A DNA stretch of 64,000 bases, taken from positions 480,001 to 544,000 of the forward strand of contig CAXXIA010000001.1 of the NCBI GenBank assembly GCA_963666985.2, given 5' to 3'. Shown here piece by piece: positions 9,569 to 17,718 of this stretch (within the stretch, counting starts at the first letter, position 1; each line of letters opens with the position of its first letter). Source of the DNA: Spirochaetia bacterium. GTDB taxonomy: Bacteria > Spirochaetota > Spirochaetia > DSM-2461. Below the pieces are notes generated by a model. The model was not told the origin of the DNA and did not search any database. It saw nothing but the letters and a program-made list of their open reading frames with translations. The translations under genes and the position numbers were made by a program.

Positions 9569-10413
9569 GCGAAATGTTTCGTAAAGTTCTTATTCGCGTG
9601 ATTGTGATTCTCGCAATCCTGATTATGTTTTTTCCCGTTTACATGACCTTCGTGGGAGCTTCCCACAGCATGAGCGCTCTCTTTAAAAAGCCCGTTCCTT
9701 TACTGCCCGGTCCCTACTTCTTTCAGAATATGAAAATCGCCCTTTTGAGCGGAGCCAAGTCCGCGGGAGAGTTTTCCGCCTCCGGACTGACGATGCTGAA
9801 AAACACTCTTATCATTACAGCCGGTATTACATTCGGGAAAATCGGCATCAGTTTTCTGGCCGCGTATGCGCTTTCCTATTTCAACTTCAGAGGGAAAGAG
9901 CTGTTTTTCTGGATGGTGATTATTACGCTGATGCTTCCGCTGGAAGTCCGGATTATTCCCACTTATGAAATCACGGCGGCTCTGGGACTTCTGAACTGCC
10001 ATATAGGAATCATTCTGCCTTCCATCGCTTCGGCGACGGCAACGTTTTTGTATCGCCAGACATTTAAAGATCTGCCTGAGGAAATTACCGAAGCGGCGAT
10101 GATCGACGGAGCAGGCCCTCTTTCTTTTATGGTAAGAATCCTTGCCCCCATGACTCGGACCGTAACGGCGGCGCTGATTGTGATTCAGTTCATCTATGGG
10201 TGGAATCTGTATCTCTGGCCGCTCTTAATCACCACCGATCCCATGCTGCATCCCATTGTTGTGGGAATCTATAACATGCTGAATTCGGGAGATCAGCAGG
10301 CGGAATGGAACGTAATGATGGCCGCGACTCTCATAGCCATGATTCCGCCGGTTATTGTGATTATTACCATGCAGAAACAATTCATTCAGGGAATGAACGA
10401 TCAGGATAAGTGA
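9565..10413 (+). CDS. ugpE: Glycerol-3-phosphate ABC transporter permease
   Basis: TLMLPLEVRIIPT, SATATFLYRQ, EAAMIDGAGP and FIYGWNLYLWPLL. Confidence 0.92.
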   Translation: MSEMFRKVLIRVIVILAILIMFFPVYMTFVGASHSMSALFKKPVPLLPGPYFFQNMKIALLSGAKSAGEFSASGLTMLKNTLIITAGITFGKIGISFLAAYALSYFNFRGKELFFWMVIITLMLPLEVRIIPTYEITAALGLLNCHIGIILPSIASATATFLYRQTFKDLPEEITEAAMIDGAGPLSFMVRILAPMTRTVTAALIVIQFIYGWNLYLWPLLITTDPMLHPIVVGIYNMLNSGDQQAEWNVMMAATLIAMIPPVIVIITMQKQFIQGMNDQDK

Positions 10414-11354
10414 TTTTTTCGGAGTGGGATTTCCCGGACCTTCCCCGGGATAATTTCATGACTCAGTTCCATCTTAAGAATCTCTACAAATTCCGCTATA
10501 AGATTATTGCCGGGTATTGTCGTGCCGGTTAAACATCCGAAATAAATCAGGGCGGTTCTTTCTAAAGGAATCATTGCAAGTGAATAATCTCTGGAAAAAC
10601 GCTCAAAGAAATCATTGGTGAATCCTACTACATTGCCCTTGGAAATCATTTCTCTACATAAAACTTGATTTATTGAATTGAAAATAACAATAGGCGGACC
10701 GAAATCGCCAATTAAATCAGTTGCCATAACTTTTTCAAGACTTTGAAGACAAAGAGGCATTTTAGATAGCTCATTGATAGTTATCATTCTTTTTTGAGCA
10801 AAAACGGAATCCTTTGATACACAGGCCATTACAGGTGCTTCATATATTTTCTCAAATTTTATAGTTTTATTTTTTAAAGAATCAGATTGCTGAAGAAGAA
10901 AACCGGGAGCAGCAACTAGAGCCATTTCGTTTTCTTTAATACACAACTTGTTTAGTATCTCTTCCGTCGGCATTTCAACAATATAAAATTTAATTGAGGG
11001 ATATTTCTTTTGGTATTGCATAAGCGCATCAGGCAATATCGTATTATTCATAGCCGGATCAACATAAAGGAAAAAATTGGTCTTTTTGCTCACTTCGATA
11101 TCCTGCTTAACATCTACTTGCATCTCAAAATATTTTGATACAATATCTTGTGCATAAATAACCGCTTTATTACCCGCGGGTGTGAGGGAAATCCGATTTT
11201 CTTTTCGGTGAAAAAGTAGAACGTCCAGTTCTTTTTCCAATTCTTGGATGGCTCTACTTAAGCCTTGCGGCGAAATATAGAGAGTTCTTGCTGATTTGCT
11301 GATAGAACAAGATTCGGCTACATGAAGAAAATAGTTAAGATAATCAATCCTCAT
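10401..11354 (-). CDS. LysR-family transcriptional regulator
   Basis: N-terminal HTH SISKSARTLYISPQGLSRAIQELEKELDVLLFHR..LTPAG; AT-rich; divergent from the oxidoreductase operon. Confidence 0.93.
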   Translation of the reverse strand: MRIDYLNYFLHVAESCSISKSARTLYISPQGLSRAIQELEKELDVLLFHRKENRISLTPAGNKAVIYAQDIVSKYFEMQVDVKQDIEVSKKTNFFLYVDPAMNNTILPDALMQYQKKYPSIKFYIVEMPTEEILNKLCIKENEMALVAAPGFLLQQSDSLKNKTIKFEKIYEAPVMACVSKDSVFAQKRMITINELSKMPLCLQSLEKVMATDLIGDFGPPIVIFNSINQVLCREMISKGNVVGFTNDFFERFSRDYSLAMIPLERTALIYFGCLTGTTIPGNNLIAEFVEILKMELSHEIIPGKVREIPLRKNHLS

Positions 11355-11493
11355 AATTCATACCAATTAAGCAATTATTGAATCGTGGAATCTCATTAAA
11401 TAAATAAATATACATAAGAAAATCTCGAATTGCAAGCAACATTATATTGAGGAAGTCATAAATATATTGATGTGGTGAAAAGTAAATGTTTCG

Positions 11494-11522
11494 TTGACTG
11501 GTATCTTGGGCACTTGTATAGT
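11494..11522 (+). promoter_or_regulatory. Putative sigma70 promoter of the flavoprotein operon
   Basis: TTGACT-N17-TATAGT. Confidence 0.6.
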
Positions 11523-11611
11523 CGCTTTGTTGTTAACAAATATCTTTAACGATTTATTAGATTGATTAATCATAACATTTTGGACGTCCTGCGGAAAATG
11601 AAGGAAAAACT

Positions 11612-13621
11612 ATGGATATTTTGGATTTTATAAGAAATGAGGGGATTCCAAAGTGGCCTTATCCTATCGAATATGGAGAAGAAACTGAGGATAGTTCCGA
11701 TGTCGTTATCATTGGAGGCGGTCTGGCCGGTTGTTGCGCCGCAATTCATGCCGCCAGAAGAGGTGCAAGTGTTACTGTAATTGAAAAAGGTTCAACAAAA
11801 CGCAGCGGATCAGCAGGTCCCGGAATTGACCATTGGGAGTTTGCCGTAACTAATCCATGTTCGTCCACTACGCCGGATGAGATGGTTGAAATTATGGGGA
11901 AAGGTGACATTTTTGAGGCTGAACATCTTCTCTATGTGGCCCTTAATGAATCGTTTGATACCCTCCTTGAGTTTGAGGAGATGGGCCTGAAAATACGCGA
12001 TACGGATGATGATTTTAAAGATGCTCCTTTCAGAGATGAAAAATCAAAACTTCTCTTTGCCTATGACTATGATGGGAAATTATGTTTAAGAATTTTTGGC
12101 GCAGGCCTTAAGCCGGCTCTCTATAAGGAAATGAAGCGTCTTGGTGTCAAAATATATGACAGAGTGATGGGGACCTCGCTTCTTACGGAAAAAGGCGAAC
12201 AAGGAAGACGCGTTATCGGGGCAACGGGTTATAATGTTCGAACAGGCCGATTTTATATTTTCAATGCCAAAGCAACGGTAATCGCTACGGCGAAACCTGT
12301 ACGTCTTTGGGAGTTCGGATCGGAGAAAGTTGGAAGCGCTTCTTGTTTCCAAGATGTTAATTGTACTGGTGAAGGACATGCCATGGCATGGAAAGCCGGT
12401 GCAAAGTTCGTTTTGATGGAACGTAATATTCCCTATATGGGTTCGATGTCCTATCCACCGTTCAGTACCGGAAATTCAAGAACGACTTGGTTCCCATGCA
12501 ATATGGTTGATGCTCATGGAAAGCCTTTGCCATGGGGAGGACGCTACGGACAACCTTTGGAGGGTGGTGTTCATGCGAGAACCCACTGCGGCGAAGGACA
12601 GAAATTCCTTTATCAGAGAGTGCAAGATCCTGCATATGCTCTTTATGGATATATGCCGGATTTACCGGAGAGAATTAGGAACGGAGAGTTCAGACTTCCT
12701 TTTTATGCGGACTTGCCGTCAATGCCTGATGAAGAGCGTGATGTTATTTTCGGTATGATGGTGGGAAATGAAAGCAAAACAAGAACCCCTGTTTTTAGAA
12801 AACTCACCCAAGCCGGATTCAATCCGGATAAGGATATGCTTCAGGCAAACATAGACAGTCCCGAAGGATCGGGCATTAATACTCCGATTGCACCTCCGTC
12901 CAACTCGCCGAATATCAGAGATGCGTCTTTTTTATGCGGTGGACCTATGATCGGATGGGAAATGAAAACAAATCTTGAAGGTCTTTTTATAGCCGGAAAT
13001 CAAACGGGTACGGGTTGTGCCGCAATTGCTGCAACAACAGGTCGCTATTGCGGAAGAAGTGTCGCAAAATATGTAAAAGATAAAGATTTCATAAATCCGT
13101 ATCGTCCGCAAATCGATGAAGAAAAAGAACGTATCTATGCTCCGCTTAAGAATGATGGGGGAAAAGGCTGGAAAGAAGTACAAATTGGTCTTTGTCGCGT
13201 AATGCAGGATTACTGCGGACAATATAAGAGTGAAGAAATCCTGAAAACAGGCCTTTGGTGGCTTAATTCAATTCGTGAAAATGAAATAAAAAATCTGTCC
13301 GTAAACAATCCTCATGAGCTTGCACGTGTCTTAGAATGCGACACGCGAGTGACTGTCGGTGAAATAATCATGCACAACAGTCTTGCACGAAAAACAAGCT
13401 GTCCTCAGCTTGACTTCAAGAGACTGGACAATTCTGAGGTAAAGGCGGCTGAGGAAGAGAGTTTTATTACGGTTCAGCAGGCTGATGGGAAAATTATGAG
13501 CGAAGAGGTCCCTCTTGGTTATTGGCTAATGGGAGATTTTGAACCGACATTGGCTGAAAATTATAAGAAATATTCCTGTTTTGAAGATTCGAATAACGGA
13601 TTAGGAGGGAACTCAAAATGA
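11612..13621 (+). CDS. FAD-dependent oxidoreductase of the APS reductase alpha / AsfA / fumarate reductase superfamily
   Basis: VVIIGGGLAG FAD motif, EKGSTKRSGS, TGEGHAMAWKAGA, TNLEGLFIAG and helical C-terminal domain (RVMQDYCG, NPHELAR, SLARK). Confidence 0.88.
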   Translation: MDILDFIRNEGIPKWPYPIEYGEETEDSSDVVIIGGGLAGCCAAIHAARRGASVTVIEKGSTKRSGSAGPGIDHWEFAVTNPCSSTTPDEMVEIMGKGDIFEAEHLLYVALNESFDTLLEFEEMGLKIRDTDDDFKDAPFRDEKSKLLFAYDYDGKLCLRIFGAGLKPALYKEMKRLGVKIYDRVMGTSLLTEKGEQGRRVIGATGYNVRTGRFYIFNAKATVIATAKPVRLWEFGSEKVGSASCFQDVNCTGEGHAMAWKAGAKFVLMERNIPYMGSMSYPPFSTGNSRTTWFPCNMVDAHGKPLPWGGRYGQPLEGGVHARTHCGEGQKFLYQRVQDPAYALYGYMPDLPERIRNGEFRLPFYADLPSMPDEERDVIFGMMVGNESKTRTPVFRKLTQAGFNPDKDMLQANIDSPEGSGINTPIAPPSNSPNIRDASFLCGGPMIGWEMKTNLEGLFIAGNQTGTGCAAIAATTGRYCGRSVAKYVKDKDFINPYRPQIDEEKERIYAPLKNDGGKGWKEVQIGLCRVMQDYCGQYKSEEILKTGLWWLNSIRENEIKNLSVNNPHELARVLECDTRVTVGEIIMHNSLARKTSCPQLDFKRLDNSEVKAAEEESFITVQQADGKIMSEEVPLGYWLMGDFEPTLAENYKKYSCFEDSNNGLGGNSK

Positions 13622-13962
13622 TCGAAACAAAGAAGAATGCTGTTGTTCTGCCTAATCCGGCAACACCGTGTATACCAATTACTTTTAACGAAGAAATTTG
13701 TATCGGCTGCAATACGTGTGTTGATGTTTGCAGGGCGGATGTGCTTTTGCCGAATCCTGTGCATGGAAAGCCGCCGCTTGTTGTTTATCCGGATGAATGC
13801 TGGTTCTGCGGGTGCTGTGTTGATGATTGCCCTGTTGAAGGAGCAAGCGAATTTCATCATCCCTTGAATCAAGAAATCGCATGGAAAGATAAAAAAACCG
13901 GAGAGTTATTTCGAGTCGGGATAAAGAATCCGCCTCCGCCATGTACAAAGAAACTGTATTAA
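13618..13962 (+). CDS. 2x[4Fe-4S] ferredoxin, AprB/AsfB-like partner subunit
   Basis: CIGCNTCVDVC and PDECWFCGCCVDDCP; C-terminal extension; ATGA overlap. Confidence 0.9.
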   Translation: MIETKKNAVVLPNPATPCIPITFNEEICIGCNTCVDVCRADVLLPNPVHGKPPLVVYPDECWFCGCCVDDCPVEGASEFHHPLNQEIAWKDKKTGELFRVGIKNPPPPCTKKLY

Positions 13963-14052
13963 GAAGTACATAAGAATCGTATTCGCAGAAAAACTTTATG
14001 AACGAAAAAAGTTAATAAAGGTTAATAATATAGACTGAATTGGAGGATATTT

Positions 14053-15339
14053 ATGTCGGAGATTTCAATCAAAAAAAGCAAGGCTGATCCGAAATTTATT
14101 AAGCATGCCGTTATGATCGTAATAGCCTGCTTCTTTTCACAGTATATGCTTTCTTGTTTACCGTCGGATAGTGTTAATGTTTTTCAAAATTACTTTCACG
14201 CAACGTACGGCTGGTCACTGACAAGCATAACCGCGCCGATAACGATTGCAGCTCTTGTTTCAATTCCACTGACTTTTGTCGTAGGAACGGTTCTGTTGAA
14301 ATGGGGGCCAAGAATTCCAATGGCCGCCTCACTTATTATTTTGGCAATATGTCAGGTGATTGTCGGATTTTCTTCATCTTTGGCTGTGCTTTCCATAGCG
14401 CTTTTCTTAACAAAGTTTTTTGCTCTTGTGCTGCAGCTTTGTACATATTCCTATACCGTCAGATGGTTTTCTTCATGGCGAGGGCGCATCTTGGGAATCA
14501 TAACGATCGCATCTCCAATTAACAGTGCGACATCGGTAGCACTGTTAACAAAGGGAACTCAATATCTCGGTTTCTCAACAACATATACAATTCTCGGAAT
14601 TGTCGTTTTAGCGCTGGGTATTTATGCCGCATTGGTTGGTGTGAATAATCCGGAACAGTTGGGGCTCTATGCCGACGGAAAGCCGGAGCCGATAAGCTCT
14701 GAAGATAGTGATTTTTCCGAAGTTAAAGCTAAATGGACAACTAAGAAAATTTTTGCGACAAAAGAAACGTGGATGTTGATTATATCTTTTGGAATGCTTG
14801 CCTTTATGATAAACGGAATCATGCCAAATTTCATCTTAAGAATGGCTTCGGTGGGAGTCGATATCAATACATCATTAATTCTTCTTTCCGCCGCAGCTTT
14901 GTTGGGAATCCCCATAAGCTATCTTTTCGGATGGTTGGACGACAAGTTTGGAACCTCAAACGCCAGTACGGTATTAGGCATCACATTTCTCATTACAATG
15001 ATTTGCCTTCTTCTCGGTAGTGCGGACAATATGTTGGTTCTTTTTATCGGTGTTGTCGGTATTGCCAGTATTATCGGAGGAACCCCGAATCTTGCACCTT
15101 CCAATACCGCATGGGTGTTTGGGCGGAAAGCTTTTGAACATGTGAATAGACAGACCATGACGATTATGAACATCATCCCCGCTTTTGCCCTTACATTCAT
15201 GAGCATGATTTTTGATCATACAGGCAGTTTCAATTTGGCATATAAAATCATGATCGGAATGGCGATTATTGCGACCGTCATTATTTTCTTCATTAAAACT
15301 ACATACGATCCGGAAAACCCGAAAGCGGCGAAGATCTAG
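14053..15339 (+). CDS. MFS transporter (OFA-like)
   Basis: About 12 hydrophobic segments; RWFSSWRGRILGI and FGWLDDKFG motifs. Confidence 0.9.
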   Translation: MSEISIKKSKADPKFIKHAVMIVIACFFSQYMLSCLPSDSVNVFQNYFHATYGWSLTSITAPITIAALVSIPLTFVVGTVLLKWGPRIPMAASLIILAICQVIVGFSSSLAVLSIALFLTKFFALVLQLCTYSYTVRWFSSWRGRILGIITIASPINSATSVALLTKGTQYLGFSTTYTILGIVVLALGIYAALVGVNNPEQLGLYADGKPEPISSEDSDFSEVKAKWTTKKIFATKETWMLIISFGMLAFMINGIMPNFILRMASVGVDINTSLILLSAAALLGIPISYLFGWLDDKFGTSNASTVLGITFLITMICLLLGSADNMLVLFIGVVGIASIIGGTPNLAPSNTAWVFGRKAFEHVNRQTMTIMNIIPAFALTFMSMIFDHTGSFNLAYKIMIGMAIIATVIIFFIKTTYDPENPKAAKI

Positions 15340-15408
15340 AAAAGAATAAGAATCCAATGGTGTTACTCCGTTAATATTTCCCATCTGCGAATATATATTG
15401 TTTCTCTG

Positions 15409-15436
15409 CGGAGCCTTTAAAAAGGCTCCGTTTTTT
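15409..15436 (+). terminator. Rho-independent terminator
   Basis: CGGAGCCTTT-AA-AAAGGCTCCG-TTTTTT. Confidence 0.85.
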
Positions 15437-15512
15437 ATATATATAATTCGACTTTATTTTTTGTAATTTTTCATCTTACTCTTGACCCCGCGCCGCTTAA
15501 CATGAAATACAG

Positions 15513-16823
15513 GTGGTTATGAATCGCTCTGCATCACAGCAATCATCGATTTTCCTCCTGTGGCTCCCTCTTGCCGTGATGTGGATTCTCATGGCCGTGG
15601 AACAGCCGGCCATCGCGGCCGTTTTGGCTCGGCTGCCCGAGGCCAAACGGCAGTTGGCGGCTTTCGGAGTTACCTATTCTCTGGCTTTATTCATTGAGGG
15701 ACCGATTATCCAAATGCTGGCCTCGGGAACGGCGATTGCAGACAGCCGGGGAAACTACCGCCGGCTTCTCTCCCTGATGCATCTGCTCGGCGTCGGAATG
15801 ACGTTATTCCAATGTCTTTTGTGTATTCCCGCCGTTTTTAGACCGTTTGCTCTGAACGTTATAGGCATGCCGGCCGAATTGATTGAAAACTCCCGCTTGG
15901 CCCTTCTTGTCATGCTCCCCTGGGGAATATCGGTTGGATACCGCCGGTTGTGGCAAGGTGTTTTAATCCGTTACGGACATACTCGTGTGATACCCGTAAC
16001 GATGATTTTACGAATTCTGACATCTCTCGGAGTTCTGATTCTCGGATATCGAACCGGGAGAGCCTCCGGTGCCATCTTGGGAGGCCTGTCTCTTTCGGCC
16101 GGGGTTATTGTCGGGGCAATCTCGGCATGGGCATATGCAAGGCCGATAATCCGCAGGATTCCATCGGAGTCGACTCATGAAATGGAGTGGAAATCACTTC
16201 TTATTTTTTATATCCCTTTGGCCCTTGTGAGTTTTATCAATCTGGGAGCCGGACCTTTGATGCAGATCGGTTTGGCACGCGGGCCGATGCCGCTGGAGTC
16301 CTTGGCTTTATACCCGGTCGGTATGGGCTATCTTTTTCTTTTTAATTCCTTTTCCATGTCTTCTCAGGAAGTTGTTATCGCGCGATTGGATGGAAATGAA
16401 TCCCGGAAAGCTTTGCTGCGCTTCAGTCTGATTCTTTCGTTGAGTCTTTTTCTCATATACCTTGCGGGTCTTTCCGGTCCGATATGGGAATTGTGGTTTA
16501 TCGGTGTGTCCGGACTTTCCCGCGATTTGTCCGAACTTGTTCCGAAGACGATTCTTCTCGGATTGCCGGTGATTCCTCTTACAACGTTAATCGCTTTGTA
16601 TCGGGGAGCTTTGGTTCGGCAGAAACGGACCCGGGAGGTGACAGTCGGAACGGCCGTGAATGTATCGATACTGCTGATTGGGATGTTTCTCGGCGTCGCC
16701 CTCCTGCCGTTTCCGGCCGTGCATACCGTTTTTGCCGCTTATTCTTTGGCCTACATAACCGAGTTTTTTTATCTTTTTTTCAGAAAACCTCTTTTGCCGT
16801 TTCGGAAGATGACTGCGGTATAA
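15513..16823 (+). CDS. MATE/MOP-superfamily membrane protein, ANKH-like
   Basis: WLPLA..EQPAIAAVLARL..LAAFGVTYSLALFIEGPI, RRLWQGVLIR; two-fold internal repeat (FYIPLA..LAR). The start may be ATG 15519. Confidence 0.75.
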   Translation: MVMNRSASQQSSIFLLWLPLAVMWILMAVEQPAIAAVLARLPEAKRQLAAFGVTYSLALFIEGPIIQMLASGTAIADSRGNYRRLLSLMHLLGVGMTLFQCLLCIPAVFRPFALNVIGMPAELIENSRLALLVMLPWGISVGYRRLWQGVLIRYGHTRVIPVTMILRILTSLGVLILGYRTGRASGAILGGLSLSAGVIVGAISAWAYARPIIRRIPSESTHEMEWKSLLIFYIPLALVSFINLGAGPLMQIGLARGPMPLESLALYPVGMGYLFLFNSFSMSSQEVVIARLDGNESRKALLRFSLILSLSLFLIYLAGLSGPIWELWFIGVSGLSRDLSELVPKTILLGLPVIPLTTLIALYRGALVRQKRTREVTVGTAVNVSILLIGMFLGVALLPFPAVHTVFAAYSLAYITEFFYLFFRKPLLPFRKMTAV

Positions 16824-16845
16824 AAAGTAAGGAGTGTGATGACCT

Positions 16846-17604
16846 ATGCAACAGCGGAAGTATGATCAGCTAAAGGTGGAAATCCATCAAAACAGGGAAG
16901 ACATGGGACTGGCCGCCGCACGAAGAACGGCGGAGCTGATTCGAAAAATCGCCCGGGAGAAGGGACGGGTGAATATGATTTTCGCGGCCGCTCCGTCGCA
17001 GAACGATGTGCTGAAGAGTCTGAGGGAAACGGCGGACATATCATGGGAGAAGGTGAATGCCCTTCATATGGATGAATACCTGGGACTGGATGAAAAAGCC
17101 CCCCAGAGGTTTTCGAACTATCTTCAGGATCATATTTTTAAATTTATATCCTGCGGGAGCGTTCATTTTATCAATACGGCGGCATCTCAAAGTGAAGAGG
17201 AGATTCGCCGGTATTCCGATTTGCTGGAGAACTTCCCCCCGGATATCGTCTGCATGGGGGTTGGAGAGAACGGACATATCGCCTTCAACGATCCTCCGGA
17301 TGCCGATTTCAACGATCCTTTTTTCGTCAAAGAGATTCAACTCGATGAGAAATCCCGAATACAGCAGGTTCATGACGGCTGTTTCGCGAAGCTGGATGAT
17401 GTTCCCCGGCGGGCGCTGACACTGACGGTTCCCGCTTTATTTTCGGGGAAGCACCTTATCTGCGCCGTTCCGACGAAGTTCAAAGCGGCCGCGGTGAAAG
17501 CGATGCTGAGTGAAGATATTTCGCCGGACTGTCCGGCATCAATCTTAAGAAAGCACGAGGACGCGGTTTTGTATCTCGATAGGGAGAGCGCTTCCCTGAT
17601 TTAG
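16846..17604 (+). CDS. nagB: Glucosamine-6-phosphate deaminase family protein
   Basis: FAAAPSQ, HMDEYLG, MGVGENGHIAFNDP and CPASILRKH. Confidence 0.85.
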   Translation: MQQRKYDQLKVEIHQNREDMGLAAARRTAELIRKIAREKGRVNMIFAAAPSQNDVLKSLRETADISWEKVNALHMDEYLGLDEKAPQRFSNYLQDHIFKFISCGSVHFINTAASQSEEEIRRYSDLLENFPPDIVCMGVGENGHIAFNDPPDADFNDPFFVKEIQLDEKSRIQQVHDGCFAKLDDVPRRALTLTVPALFSGKHLICAVPTKFKAAAVKAMLSEDISPDCPASILRKHEDAVLYLDRESASLI

Positions 17605-17718
17605 GATCGGAAGATGATGAAACCGTGCCCCTGAGAGCGGCGCACGGTTTGGATTCAGGTTCTGACGACATTCCGGCGACACCGCTTGCCCGCGCGCGCT
17701 ATAATCAATCACAAGATT

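Noticed and set aside
11612..13962. Canonical dissimilatory aprAB
   Set aside because: The gene order is A then B with LysR and MFS neighbours, there is no sat or qmo, and the motif after RSG (SAGPGIDHW) differs from AprA.
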